Origin: Prevotella sp. UBA4339
GTDB lineage: Bacteria; Bacteroidota; Bacteroidia; Bacteroidales; Bacteroidaceae
NCBI GenBank assembly: GCA_002393725.1
Contig: DGTJ01000096.1
Location: 952 to 64,951 of the forward strand
Length of the DNA: 64,000 nucleotides
Direction: 5' to 3'
Shown in pieces: positions 1 through 10,014 of this stretch. Each line of letters opens with the position of its first letter. Within the stretch, counting starts at the first letter, position 1. A model generated the notes under the pieces. The model saw only the letters and a program-made list of their open reading frames with translations, was not told the origin of the DNA and ran no database searches. The position numbers were made by a program, and so were the translations under genes.

Positions 1-236
1 AACAAGTGGCACTTACCGGGGAATAAGTGCCACCTGCTGAAAATCAGCCCGTCCGCGCCGCATCAGGGCTACGAGCTGCATGGGATACTGAACTAAGAAA
101 AACCTCACTAAACTACGGACACTATGTTGGATTTCTCTCTACGTAGGGAAAAAATACTAAAAAATAGGGGAAATCCCTTCCGTATTTACAAAAAAATTCC
201 CACCTTTGCAGCGTCAAACAAAAAATTTTGCAGCGT

Positions 237-941
237 ATGAAAGAAAAATCTATTATCAGTGCAGCCCTTATCGCGCTGGGTATCATGTGCATGGGGTGGT
301 TTATCAAGTCTGGCATCGACAACTTTGCCAGCAAGGATCGTAAGGTCAACGTGAAGGGTCTCGCAGAGCAGGAGGTGGAGGCCGACAAGGTGACATGGCC
401 CATCGTGTCGAAGGAACTGGGCAACGACCTTCCGGAGCTGTATAATAAGATAGGTAGCACGCAGAGCAAGATCAAGGCCTTCCTGCTGCGCAACGGCATC
501 AAGGAGGCGGAGCTCACCATCAATGCCCCGCAGGTGCTCGACCTCAATGCACGCGAATATTCCGACAAGAACCAGCCCTACCGCTACATCGTAACCTCGG
601 TGATCACCGTCACCTCGCAGAACGTCAAGCAGGTGCGCAGCATCATCGCCAAGCAGGGCGACCTGCTGAAGGAGGGTGTGGCTATCGTCGACGGTGGTTA
701 CGAGAATCCCGTCAAGTACGAGTACGTATCCTTCAAGGAGATGAAACCCAAGATGATGCAGGAGGCCATCGAGAATGCCGAGAAGACAGCACAGCAGTTT
801 GCCGAGAACTCCCACTCGCGGCTCGACAAGATAGTAAGTGCCGACCAGGGGCAGTTCTCTATCGACAACCGCGACGAGAACACTCCCTATATCAAGAAGG
901 TTCGCGTGGTGACTACGGTGACCTACTCACTAAAAGACTGA
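237..941 (+). CDS. SIMPL domain-containing protein (DUF541)
   Basis: N-terminal TM segment, [14 protein letters not shown] motif, C-terminal [13 protein letters not shown]; start taken at ATG 237. Confidence 0.85.
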   Translation: MKEKSIISAALIALGIMCMGWFIKSGIDNFASKDRKVNVKGLAEQEVEADKVTWPIVSKELGNDLPELYNKIGSTQSKIKAFLLRNGIKEAELTINAPQVLDLNAREYSDKNQPYRYIVTSVITVTSQNVKQVRSIIAKQGDLLKEGVAIVDGGYENPVKYEYVSFKEMKPKMMQEAIENAEKTAQQFAENSHSRLDKIVSADQGQFSIDNRDENTPYIKKVRVVTTVTYSLKD

Positions 942-948
942 CACGTAG

Positions 949-976
949 CAGGGGGACTTCAAAAGAGTCTCCCTGT
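949..976 (+). terminator. Hairpin downstream of the SIMPL gene, possible terminator
   Basis: CAGGGGGACT-tcaaaag-AGTCTCCCTG stem-loop just after the stop; weak U-tract. Confidence 0.45.
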
Positions 977-1083
977 CTTCATGATGCGGTTCGCTGAAGA
1001 AATAGGGCCGTTAGCTGAAAATATTTCGCAGGAAAAGGGAAAACATGTAACTTTGCAGCCAAACATTAATAATAATGGTCTAT

Positions 1084-1458
1084 ATGAAGAAGATAGTATT
1101 ATTCCTATTCCTGATGGCAGGCTCGTTGCCAATCCTGGCCGACGACTATCCCTACCTGACATTTGAGACGACGGACGGCACCAAGACCTCCGTAAGTTCT
1201 GCATCGCTCACGATTTCCTTCCAGAACGGCAAGCTCATAGCCGGCACGAAGGAGTTCGCTCTCACCGACTTAAGCAAGATGTATTTCTCCACCTCGAACG
1301 AGACAGCCACCGGCATCGAGGAAGTGGACGCTGTGACTCTCGACGAAGCCGCCGACATCTATGACCTGCAGGGCCGCAAGGTGAGCAGGGAGCAGATGAG
1401 CAGAGGCATCTACGTGATAAAAACAAGTAAGGGAACCCGTAAAGTGAACGTAAGATGA
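1084..1458 (+). CDS. Small secreted protein with T9SS-type C-terminal sorting domain
   Basis: Signal peptide MKKIVLFLFLMAG; C-terminal TGIEEV..IYDLQGRKV..GIYVIK..RKVNVR. Confidence 0.8.
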   Translation: MKKIVLFLFLMAGSLPILADDYPYLTFETTDGTKTSVSSASLTISFQNGKLIAGTKEFALTDLSKMYFSTSNETATGIEEVDAVTLDEAADIYDLQGRKVSREQMSRGIYVIKTSKGTRKVNVR

Positions 1459-3419
1459 AGAGGCTGTCAACAATCCTTGCGGCACTCGTGCTGACGATAG
1501 CAGCCAGTGCGCAGACACTCAACGTAAAGGTGGGCAGCGTGACATATCAGTTCCCTGCATCGCAGACGGGCGAGATGACATACTCCGGCGGAGCTACACT
1601 CACCATCATGGGCAAGACATTCACAATTGCCGACATCAGCAGTATGGCAGTTGACGATAGCAATGTAGCCGACGGCACCGTAGGCGTAAGCTATAACGGC
1701 TCTACAGCCACAGTCGTCGTGGCAGGTAACGTGGCCCAGTATCTCACCATCGAGCAGAGCGGGGCGCACGTGTCGATAGCCCAGAGCAGTGACCTGGCAG
1801 AGGAGATCACCTACACACTCAGCGGCTCATCCACAGACGGTGAGTTCTACATGTCGGGATCATACAAGGCCACTGTAGAGCTCAACGGTCTGACTCTGAC
1901 CAATACAAATCCGGTATTTAGTGGTGCTGCCGTGCATATCCAGAACGGCAAGCGCATCAAGGTGAAACCCATAACCGGCACCACCAGCACACTTACCGAC
2001 GCTGCCGGGGGCTCGCAGAAGGGGTGCCTGTACATCAAGGGCCATGCCGAGTTTGCACAGAAGGGCACTCTCAACGTTGTGGGCAATGTGAAGCATGCCA
2101 TCAAGGCTGGAGAGTACATCAGCCTGAAGAATGCCACAATCAATGTTACCTCAGCACTTGGCGACGGTATATCATGTAATGAGTACTTCCTAATGGAGAG
2201 CGGTACGGTCAATATCAGCGGCACCAGCGATGACGGCATTCAGGTAGACCTGGACGGAACGGAGTCAACAGGCGAGACTGCCGACCACGAGGATGAGGAC
2301 TCGGGCAATATCTATATCTCAGGAGGTACCATCACCATCGACTGCGCTGCCGCTGCTGCAAAGGGCATCAAGAGTGCCGGCGACATGAACATCAGCGGGG
2401 GTACCATCAGCGTGACCACTACAGGCAAGGGCGAGTGGGACAGCGATGACCTGGAGACAAATGCTGCCTGCGGACTGAGTGCCGACGGGAATATGAACAT
2501 CAGCGGAGGCACGCTGACACTTACCTCTACAGGCTCTGGTGGCAAGGGAATGAAGTGCGACGGCATCCTGACAGTATCAGATGGCGCCATCACCGTTAAG
2601 ACCACCGGCGGACTTTACTACAACAACGGCTCTACTGAGAACACCAACTATACAGGCGACACCGAGCGCATCAACAGCAGCTACTATTCATCGCCAAAGG
2701 GCATCAAGGCTGGAGTGAAGACTCAGAGCGGCAACAGCTACACATACAGTGGCGGCATCGTTATCAGTGGCGGTACTATTAGTGTTACCACCAGCGGGCG
2801 TAACGGCGAGGGTATAGAGAGCAAGAACACTCTCGACATCACTGGTGGACTCATCACGGTGAATGCCTACGACGATGCCATCAACTCGGCTCAGGACCTT
2901 ACCATTAGCGGTGGATACGTTTATGCACGTGCTGCCAACAATGACGGTATCGATGCCAACGGCAACTGCTATATCAAGGGCGGTCTGACGTATGCCATCG
3001 GAAGTTCTTCGCCAGAAGTTGCCATCGATGCCAATAGCGAGGAGCAGAAGAAACTCTATGTCTCAGGCGGTACACTCATCGCCATCGGTGGTCTTGAGAG
3101 CGGTGCCAGTCTCACGCAGTCGTGGTACTCTGCCTCTTCATGGAGCAAGAACACCTGGTATGCACTCAGCTACGGCAATGAGACATTCGCCTTCCAGACT
3201 CCATCGAGTGGCGGCTCTACAATGGTTGTCTCTGCCGTATCGGCTCCTACGCTGAAGAGTGGTGTGACAGTATCCGGCGGGACAAGCATCTTCGGAGGTG
3301 CTGCCTACACAGGCGCATCTGTCAGTGGCGGTTCCAGTGTAAGCCTCTCGTCCTACTCAGGCGGCAATAGCGGGCCCGGTGGTGGACAGGGTGGAGGCCC
3401 TGGTGGTGGAAGGAGGTAG
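1455..3419 (+). CDS. Carbohydrate-binding beta-helix protein (Cthe_2159/DUF4353-like)
   Basis: Signal peptide; repeated ISGGTI..DGI/KGIK beta-helix motifs; DGIDANG; Gly-rich tail. Confidence 0.8.
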   Translation: MKRLSTILAALVLTIAASAQTLNVKVGSVTYQFPASQTGEMTYSGGATLTIMGKTFTIADISSMAVDDSNVADGTVGVSYNGSTATVVVAGNVAQYLTIEQSGAHVSIAQSSDLAEEITYTLSGSSTDGEFYMSGSYKATVELNGLTLTNTNPVFSGAAVHIQNGKRIKVKPITGTTSTLTDAAGGSQKGCLYIKGHAEFAQKGTLNVVGNVKHAIKAGEYISLKNATINVTSALGDGISCNEYFLMESGTVNISGTSDDGIQVDLDGTESTGETADHEDEDSGNIYISGGTITIDCAAAAAKGIKSAGDMNISGGTISVTTTGKGEWDSDDLETNAACGLSADGNMNISGGTLTLTSTGSGGKGMKCDGILTVSDGAITVKTTGGLYYNNGSTENTNYTGDTERINSSYYSSPKGIKAGVKTQSGNSYTYSGGIVISGGTISVTTSGRNGEGIESKNTLDITGGLITVNAYDDAINSAQDLTISGGYVYARAANNDGIDANGNCYIKGGLTYAIGSSSPEVAIDANSEEQKKLYVSGGTLIAIGGLESGASLTQSWYSASSWSKNTWYALSYGNETFAFQTPSSGGSTMVVSAVSAPTLKSGVTVSGGTSIFGGAAYTGASVSGGSSVSLSSYSGGNSGPGGGQGGGPGGGRR

Positions 3420-3521
3420 AATGTGGAATGTGGAATGAGGGAACCCACATTCCACATTTCTCATTTGGTATTCTAAATAATAATTCGTATCTTTGCCACC
3501 GTTTTTTAGAATGATACGATA

Positions 3522-4247
3522 ATGAATGCAAAACGGATATTGACGTTCCTTCGCCAAGTGATGGCAAACAACAACCGGGAGTGGTTTCAGGAGCACAAGA
3601 AAGAGTATGATGCCGTAAGGGCAGATTTCGAGCAGGGTATTCAGCAGGCTTTGGAGCGCATCGCCACCTTCGATGCCTCAATAGCCCACCTGAAAGTTAA
3701 GGACTGTACCTATCGCTTCTATCGCGACACGCGCTTCTCGGCAGATAAGTCGCCCTACAAGAACCATCTTGGAGCATATATCTCAGCCCGAGGCAAGAAG
3801 TCGCTCCACGGAGGATACTACATCCACCTGGAGCCGGGCCACTGCATGGTGGCATGCGGCAACTACTGGCTGCCTACCAACATCCTGACCTCCTGCCGCA
3901 ATGAGATCATGGCTAATACCGAAGAGTGGCTGCGGTGTGTCAGGAGCGAGGAGTTCCTGAAGTATTACAGCAGCAGCAATGCCGCAAGCTTCACCTCGCC
4001 TACCGATGTGTCGAGCTGGGACCAGCCTCAGGGCTTCGGACTGGAGAGGCTGAAAACATGTCCCTCCGGATTCCCTCGCGACTGGGAGTATGTGGAGTAT
4101 CTGCGCCAGAAAGACTATTGCTGCTGGCATCAGGTGCCCGACAGCTTCTATCAGGGCGACGGATGGCTCGACGAGATAGAACCCATGTTACGTGCCGCCA
4201 AGCCGATGATGGACATGATGAACGACGTCATCGACGACTATGAATAA
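3522..4247 (+). CDS. DUF2461 family protein
   Basis: NNNREWF, RFYRDTRFSADKSPYK and GGYYIHLEP motifs. Confidence 0.9.
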   Translation: MNAKRILTFLRQVMANNNREWFQEHKKEYDAVRADFEQGIQQALERIATFDASIAHLKVKDCTYRFYRDTRFSADKSPYKNHLGAYISARGKKSLHGGYYIHLEPGHCMVACGNYWLPTNILTSCRNEIMANTEEWLRCVRSEEFLKYYSSSNAASFTSPTDVSSWDQPQGFGLERLKTCPSGFPRDWEYVEYLRQKDYCCWHQVPDSFYQGDGWLDEIEPMLRAAKPMMDMMNDVIDDYE

Positions 4248-4902
4248 ACCTTGCGCTGGCCCATATCTCGAGGAATGCTGAGGCAGAGCCGGCAAATGGC
4301 TTGTCGGCCGACAGTACGGCATACACCTCCTGATTCTGCGGGAACTTGAAGGTCATCTCGTCATCACTCTTCTCGTCGCTGCGCAGAGTCATGCCCTCCA
4401 GACGGCTCGTCTGGATATTCTCTGAGAGGAGATAGAGGTGCTGGCCATTGCTAAGGGTGGCTACAGGAGTCTCTGACGAGAGAATCCAGCACAGACGGCG
4501 GGCTCCGCTTGTCTCGTCGGTCTCTGCAGTGGCTGTCCAATCGGCAGATATTGCCTTTCCGTCATAGATGATGAGCGTGTCGGCATGGCATCTCAGACAG
4601 GATCCGTCGTCAGCGAGAGTGGCGCTGAAGCGGATGGTGTCGATTCGTGTCGTGGCTATGCCGCCGGCATCGTCGCTGCCCATCGGAGAGGCTACAAGGA
4701 GCCATTTGCCTGTAAGCCCTTCGTAAGACGGCGTCTCCGACTGCCTGAACCTGATGTCTGAGATGCTGCTTGTGGGCAGTGTTATCGTTGTACCGTCGGC
4801 GAGACGGATCTGCAGTGTGTTGTCTGCTTCTGTCTGAGCTGTTGCCGTGAGACTAGAAAGTGCAGCCCAGAGCAATAGTAACTTGCGTATGATTCTTTCC
4901 AT
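4228..4902 (-). CDS. Hypothetical secreted protein
   Basis: Signal peptide followed by LQIRLADGTTITLPTSSISDIRF module; last gene of the minus-strand operon. Confidence 0.7.
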   Translation of the reverse strand: MERIIRKLLLLWAALSSLTATAQTEADNTLQIRLADGTTITLPTSSISDIRFRQSETPSYEGLTGKWLLVASPMGSDDAGGIATTRIDTIRFSATLADDGSCLRCHADTLIIYDGKAISADWTATAETDETSGARRLCWILSSETPVATLSNGQHLYLLSENIQTSRLEGMTLRSDEKSDDEMTFKFPQNQEVYAVLSADKPFAGSASAFLEIWASARFIHSRR

Positions 4903-6502
4903 AAAGTAATATGTTTGACGAGTTTGTATGGCGATGGGTGATTCCCATTCGTATGTATGTATTCAGTTTAGTGCCAGGGAAGATGAATGCGTATTTCCCG
5001 TCTGCCCTTATAGAGTATTGAGGTGATGTGAGCCACTCATATTCGCGCCAGAGGAATGCGTCCATGGATGCTGGCGCTGTCTGCTTGTCGCTGGGAGTTG
5101 CAAAGGTGCCGTCTTCACAGGCATCGCCGCTGCCCTTGAGATAGCCCAGTCCGGCTCCCACAGTCAGTACGCCTCCCTTCGTCAGGAGGTTGCGCTGGGC
5201 ATAGAGCTCTGCTGCGGTGCTGCTGATGTCCTGTCGGCGGTAGTAGGGATAGAGATAGCCTGTCTGCTTGCGGTGCATGTGGCTGATATTTGCCGACAGT
5301 ACCCATGCAGGCAGCTCTCCCCTTATCCCCAGCGAGGCGGTATAGCCCAGGCAGATGGCAGTGAGCAGCTTGTCGGAGGTCTTCACATCGTCGTAGTATT
5401 CGTAATAGCTCGACCCCGCTTCGTTGGTAAGCTCTCGCCAGGTGCGTGCGTTGTTCTGTAGCTTCTCAGAACCCAGCGTGAAGCTGACTTGGTGAAGTGT
5501 GCCGGGTGCCGGGTGATAGTGGATACTTCCGGAGTATGAGTACTGGTTGCCCGAATGGTTGGTGAAGGTGATGGTATATGGTGAACGGCGTCCGTAATAT
5601 CCTGAACGGTGATGATACGACAGTTCGCTGAAGAATGACAGTTGCCCCGATGGCGTGATGTCAATCTGCACACCTGCACCATGCCCTTCGTCGAAGAGTG
5701 GCATCTCGCGGCTCTTGTCGGTATATCCTGAGTTGCCGAACTGTTCTACGCGTCCCATGAAGGCAGCGTAGCTGATAAGCGACTTGTATACCTTGTCGTT
5801 CTTGCCATACACGCCGAAGGTGACGCTTTCGTTGCTGCGATGGTATCGGTAGTCGGCACCGACAGTGAGCCAGGAGGTTACGGGTACTGTCAGGCCTGCT
5901 GTGGCAGAGAGGTCCATCAGCTTGTTCTTATGTCGCAGGTCCTTGTATTTGGCATAGTTGGCTGCCGTGTAGTCCACTCTGGCACCAAGTGAGAGTACCT
6001 TCAGGTCTACTCCCACGGCACCGGTGAGGGTGTAGGTGTCGCTATGCTTGCGGCCCTCGTTGGTGAGGGAGTCTTCGGTGATGTCGAAGGGGGGGAGGAA
6101 GGAGGAATGTGAATTCGCAAGGAAGGCTGAGCCGGTCATGGAGCGACCGGTGAAGTTGTCGTATGCCATACGTCCGTAGACGACGGTACGGGGCGATATG
6201 CGGAAGAATGACTCTACTGAGGCATCGAGGGAGAGGGTCTTTGGCGACTCGTTGTAGTTGACGAAGCCACCCCTTCCCATCGAGAATGACACCTCGGCTT
6301 CTGCGATGTTGCGGCTCTGATAGTGGGTCAGCCCCGCCGCATTGTCGCTGGTGAGCCAAGGGTCATGCTGCTTCACAAACTGGTAGTTGCGGAGCAATAG
6401 CGAATCCTGTGCATGGGTGGATGCACAATGCATAATGCATAATGCACAGTTCATAATGCATAATGCATGATAGAGGGAATTGGTTAGTCTCTTAATGAGC
6501 AT
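4853..6502 (-). CDS. Outer-membrane beta-barrel protein (DUF6850-like)
   Basis: WLTSDNAAGL N-terminal motif, KYKDLRHKN, amphipathic strands, C-terminal Phe; paralog of 14802..16331. Confidence 0.75.
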   Translation of the reverse strand: MLIKRLTNSLYHALCIMNCALCIMHCASTHAQDSLLLRNYQFVKQHDPWLTSDNAAGLTHYQSRNIAEAEVSFSMGRGGFVNYNESPKTLSLDASVESFFRISPRTVVYGRMAYDNFTGRSMTGSAFLANSHSSFLPPFDITEDSLTNEGRKHSDTYTLTGAVGVDLKVLSLGARVDYTAANYAKYKDLRHKNKLMDLSATAGLTVPVTSWLTVGADYRYHRSNESVTFGVYGKNDKVYKSLISYAAFMGRVEQFGNSGYTDKSREMPLFDEGHGAGVQIDITPSGQLSFFSELSYHHRSGYYGRRSPYTITFTNHSGNQYSYSGSIHYHPAPGTLHQVSFTLGSEKLQNNARTWRELTNEAGSSYYEYYDDVKTSDKLLTAICLGYTASLGIRGELPAWVLSANISHMHRKQTGYLYPYYRRQDISSTAAELYAQRNLLTKGGVLTVGAGLGYLKGSGDACEDGTFATPSDKQTAPASMDAFLWREYEWLTSPQYSIRADGKYAFIFPGTKLNTYIRMGITHRHTNSSNILLYGKNHTQVTIALGCTF

Positions 6503-7668
6503 TTCTGGCGTTCGTGGAAGTCGTCTGTCGAATTGTTGGTGTCCTGGAAGACGATATGCGCCCCGTTCTTCATTGAGGCTTCGGCATCGATGCCGCTGGG
6601 GTCGGTAGAGGCATCTACTCCGAGTGAGTAGTTGTATACCAGTTTACCGGCATTCTCCGGCAGCGACTCGGTCCACTCCTTGTCTACATTGCGGTAGAGG
6701 GCATGACCCAGTTTGTTGGTCAGCCATACATAGCCTGCGTCGATGTCGGCAGTGAGGCGCTTCTTGCAGTCTTCGGGCTTCTCCATAGCATATACCTCCA
6801 TACCGTCGATAATCCATTCATTGGGCACTATTACGCAGCACTGTATCTGAGAGTTGCGCCCTCCGTCATACCACTGGTTGTCTGGATTGGTGGCATACAC
6901 CTCGGGGGTTACATCCTTTGTCTGGAAGATTACTACTGCTGGCGAGTTGATGCTGAAGGGCCATGCGTTGCCCTGTGCCACACGGACGGATTTCCAGTAG
7001 TGAGTAGTGGGTATGACATCGGCAGGAGTGGGATAGTAGTTGGTGTTCTCATATCCACTCTCGGGGTCATACATGCAATAGTAATCGCTATTGGCATAGT
7101 TTACTGACTGGGTGACGGTCTGCGTATTGTCGATGGCACCGCAGATGTTGATTACAACCTGCTGGTAAGGCTCGATGACAAGTGAATTAGGGTAATACCA
7201 TACACCGTTCCATACGGGGATGAAGTTTTCTGATTCATACGTCAGTTTGCCGTCGTCTCCGTAGTTGTAGTTGTTGGCATGTGCATTGCTGGGACTACCC
7301 ATGCCTATGCAGAGGTTGTTTACTACAGCTTCCTGAGGACAGTTGTTGTAGAGAATGATGCACTTGTCGTACTGGAAGAACGAGCTGCCGTCATCTCGCA
7401 TACATCCACCATTATACAGTTCCTTGATGATTATCTGGTCTACGTTCTTGTCCTCTTGCTGCTGTGAGTGACTCAGATAGCGCATCGACTTGATATCTGC
7501 AGTAGGCAGCACCTGCTGGCTTCCGTCCTTCATAGTTATCACCATGTTCCATGACTGGGCGTGGGATGGGGCGAAGGGTATGAGGAGGAAGAGAAATGCG
7601 AGGAAGGAGGAAGGAGGAAGGAGGAAGGAGAAATGTTCATTCGCGAGGAAGGAGAATACCTTTTTCAT
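6484..7668 (-). CDS. DUF4876-like protein (Sec signal, not a lipoprotein)
   Basis: IIIKELYNGG, ILYNN, IIDGME, IDAGY, DTNNSTDDF motifs. Confidence 0.75.
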   Translation of the reverse strand: MKKVFSFLANEHFSFLLPPSSFLAFLFLLIPFAPSHAQSWNMVITMKDGSQQVLPTADIKSMRYLSHSQQQEDKNVDQIIIKELYNGGCMRDDGSSFFQYDKCIILYNNCPQEAVVNNLCIGMGSPSNAHANNYNYGDDGKLTYESENFIPVWNGVWYYPNSLVIEPYQQVVINICGAIDNTQTVTQSVNYANSDYYCMYDPESGYENTNYYPTPADVIPTTHYWKSVRVAQGNAWPFSINSPAVVIFQTKDVTPEVYATNPDNQWYDGGRNSQIQCCVIVPNEWIIDGMEVYAMEKPEDCKKRLTADIDAGYVWLTNKLGHALYRNVDKEWTESLPENAGKLVYNYSLGVDASTDPSGIDAEASMKNGAHIVFQDTNNSTDDFHERQKCSLRD

Positions 7669-7686
7669 AATGTTGTCGATTTTTTT

Positions 7687-8169
7687 TTAATTCCTGATTT
7701 TGAAGCTGCGTGTAGGGGTGCGGAGGATGAATATCCCATGTCCCAGAGTGGAAAGACTTACTGTGGCGCATCCGTCGCTGTCGGCCACAATGCTGTCTGT
7801 CATCTTACCGTCGAGAGTATAGACAGCGACGCGTTCGCCAGCCTTTAGTCCGGAGAATACAGCCTGCCCGAAAGCTATCTTAGGCAGCTGAGGCTTGTCG
7901 GCAGTGATGTCGCTGATACCTGTCGGTGAGTCCTCATTGATAAAGCTCGTCTGCAGACCATCCATCCGGGTGGTTATCGACTTGTCGCCGCAGGTGATTA
8001 CCAGATTCCCCTCGCTGAAGGTTATCACAGGCATCTCCGCGAGTGCTATCTTCGCTACCTCTGTGCCGTCGGCCTGTGTGAGAACAAGATACTGCATCGT
8101 CTCGGCACTTAGAGTCGCGGGCAGCATGATATCCATAAGGATAAACAGACTTAGTAAAATTTTCTTCAT
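7687..8169 (-). CDS. Small secreted protein with T9SS-type C-terminal domain
   Basis: Signal peptide; PTGISDI..VYTLDGK..GIFILR..FKI C-terminus. Confidence 0.75.
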   Translation of the reverse strand: MKKILLSLFILMDIMLPATLSAETMQYLVLTQADGTEVAKIALAEMPVITFSEGNLVITCGDKSITTRMDGLQTSFINEDSPTGISDITADKPQLPKIAFGQAVFSGLKAGERVAVYTLDGKMTDSIVADSDGCATVSLSTLGHGIFILRTPTRSFKIRN

Positions 8170-8175
8170 ATATAA

Positions 8176-8757
8176 CTAATGTACTATTCTTTTCTTCGAC
8201 ATTTTCAGATCCATGCGAATCTGGTTCAGGCTGTCGGGAGATATGATTATCATGCTCCTGACACCATTGAAATTGTATCGCCACCACGTCTCACCACTGT
8301 CGTCAGTCAGCTGAGTGGCAGAGCTGGCTTCATAGATGCCTGGGGTCACACGGAAATGTGCAACACCCATGGCATCTGTGGAACTGACGAAGACAGATGA
8401 GTAGGCATCCTTCAGTTCTACGCGTACCCCTGGATAAGGGTCGACGCTGTCTTCTGGATATACCAGCTGTACCGTTACGTCACAGAGTTCAACTGTCTCG
8501 TCGTAATCGCATGCGCTGAGGAAAGGCAGCAGCACGAAGCAGATAATAAGGAATGATATACGTGGAATGTGGAATGTGGAATGTGGAATGAGATTACTCC
8601 AAGCACGGACATCATCCCTCATTCTTGCGTCCCTTCGGTAGCAAGCGTCAAGCCGGTTACTTGCGTCCCTTCGGTAGCAAGCGCTTACGCGGCTGTTACA
8701 TTCCTCATTCCTCATTTCACATTCCACAAAAAATATTCCACCAAAAACATTCCACAT
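8176..8757 (-). CDS. Putative lipoprotein; N-terminus derived from a repeat element, true start uncertain
   Basis: Lipobox LSAC after a hydrophobic stretch; TDAMGVAHFRVTPGIYEASS resembles the N-terminal domain of 16328..17548. Confidence 0.65.
   Translation of the reverse strand: MWNVFGGIFFVECEMRNEECNSRVSACYRRDASNRLDACYRRDARMRDDVRAWSNLIPHSTFHIPRISFLIICFVLLPFLSACDYDETVELCDVTVQLVYPEDSVDPYPGVRVELKDAYSSVFVSSTDAMGVAHFRVTPGIYEASSATQLTDDSGETWWRYNFNGVRSMIIISPDSLNQIRMDLKMSKKRIVH
8562..8757. repeat. Composite MITE-like repeat, copy 1
   Basis: (TGTGGAA)n...(TTCCACA)n termini; two exact copies of CTTGCGTCCCTTCGGTAGCAAGCG at 8624-8647 and 8660-8683; homologous to 12982-13247. Confidence 0.75.
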
Positions 8758-8760
8758 AAA

Positions 8761-9852
8761 TTACTTCAGCGACCAGCCACTGCGTGTGTGGAAGTCTGCG
8801 GTAGAGTTGTCAGTGTCGAGATAAACAATCTTCGCACCGTTCTTGATAGAGGCGGCAGCATCGATATCACTGGGGTCTGTTGTGCCCTCAACAGCATCTG
8901 CATAGCCATACACCAGTTTGCCGGCGTTTTCGGCGATAGCCTCTGTAGCGGCTTTGTCTACGTTGCGGTAGAGAGAGTAGCCCTTGTTGCTGTTGTAGAG
9001 ACCATAGCCTGCATCGATAGAAGAAGGCACGCGCTTCTTGCTGTCGGCTACCATCGTGGTACGATAGCTCTCCACACCGTCGATAACCCAAGCCTTTGGA
9101 ATCTTCACGCAGTAGTTGGCAGCTGTCTCTTTGCCTCCGTCATACCAGCTGTTGGCAGCATCAGCACAATAAGCTGCTGGGTCTACATCCTCTGGGAACT
9201 GGAAGAGGATGAAGTTAGGACACATCACGCTGATAGCCCAAGCATTGCCAAGACCGAAAACGGCAGCCTTCCAATAGTGGTCGGCAGAGATGCCAGCAGC
9301 AGGCTGTGGGTAGGCGCTGGCATTCACGTAGGGTGATGTCGGGTCGTACATGGCATGATACTCTGACTTAGACAGGTCGAAAGCGCCTGTAGCCACAGCA
9401 CTGTGGTCTATGGCTCCGTTGATGGCGATAACCACGTCGCTGTAAGGCTCTATAGTAAGCTCTGTAGGCAGATACCATACACCGTAGATCATCGGAACGA
9501 AATCGGCATCCTCATAGTTGAGCTTTCCCTCATCGGTATAGTTACCGTTGTTGGCATGGGCATTGCCTGGAGGGATGGTACCGATGGCGAGGTTCTTCAC
9601 CTTAGCCTGTACGCCACTGTTATTGTAGAGCACCATTCCCTTGCACCAGCTGTAGTTCTTGTTGTCGGCAATGGTCTTATAGCCACCGCCTACGTTGACC
9701 TCCTTGATGATGATCTTAGCATCTTCCGGCTTTTGTGGGGTGTCGCCTCCTACAGGGTTGTCGTTAGTAGAGCATGATGTCATAGCTGCGCTCATAGCCA
9801 CTGCCAATGCCAGTGAAGCAGCTGCGTTAAGATAATAGTTTAAATGTCTCAT
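8761..9852 (-). CDS. DUF4876-like lipoprotein
   Basis: Lipobox MTSC; IIIKEVNVGG, LYNNS, VIDGVE, IDAGY, DTDNSTADF; paralog of 6484..7668. Confidence 0.75.
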   Translation of the reverse strand: MRHLNYYLNAAASLALAVAMSAAMTSCSTNDNPVGGDTPQKPEDAKIIIKEVNVGGGYKTIADNKNYSWCKGMVLYNNSGVQAKVKNLAIGTIPPGNAHANNGNYTDEGKLNYEDADFVPMIYGVWYLPTELTIEPYSDVVIAINGAIDHSAVATGAFDLSKSEYHAMYDPTSPYVNASAYPQPAAGISADHYWKAAVFGLGNAWAISVMCPNFILFQFPEDVDPAAYCADAANSWYDGGKETAANYCVKIPKAWVIDGVESYRTTMVADSKKRVPSSIDAGYGLYNSNKGYSLYRNVDKAATEAIAENAGKLVYGYADAVEGTTDPSDIDAAASIKNGAKIVYLDTDNSTADFHTRSGWSLK

Positions 9853-9894
9853 AATGTTTAATTTTTTAAATGTTTGATATTAATATTTTGTTAA

Positions 9895-10013
9895 ATTCCT
9901 CATTCCTCATTCCACATTCCACATTCCTCATTTTACATTCCTCATTCCACATTCCACATTCCTCATTTTACATTCCTCATTCCACATTCCACATTTTACA
10001 TTCCACATTCCAC
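9895..10013. repeat. Heptamer tandem array, 17 units (ATTCCAC/ATTCCTC/ATTTTAC)
   Basis: Counted directly; begins just after the TBDR stop codon on the minus strand; has a 35-bp higher-order period. Confidence 0.95.
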
Positions 10014-10014
10014 A

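Noticed and set aside
6..33. 10-bp inverted repeat GTGGCACTTA/TAAGTGCCAC at the window start
   Set aside because: The hairpin is real, but its context is cut off by the window edge, so no function can be assigned.
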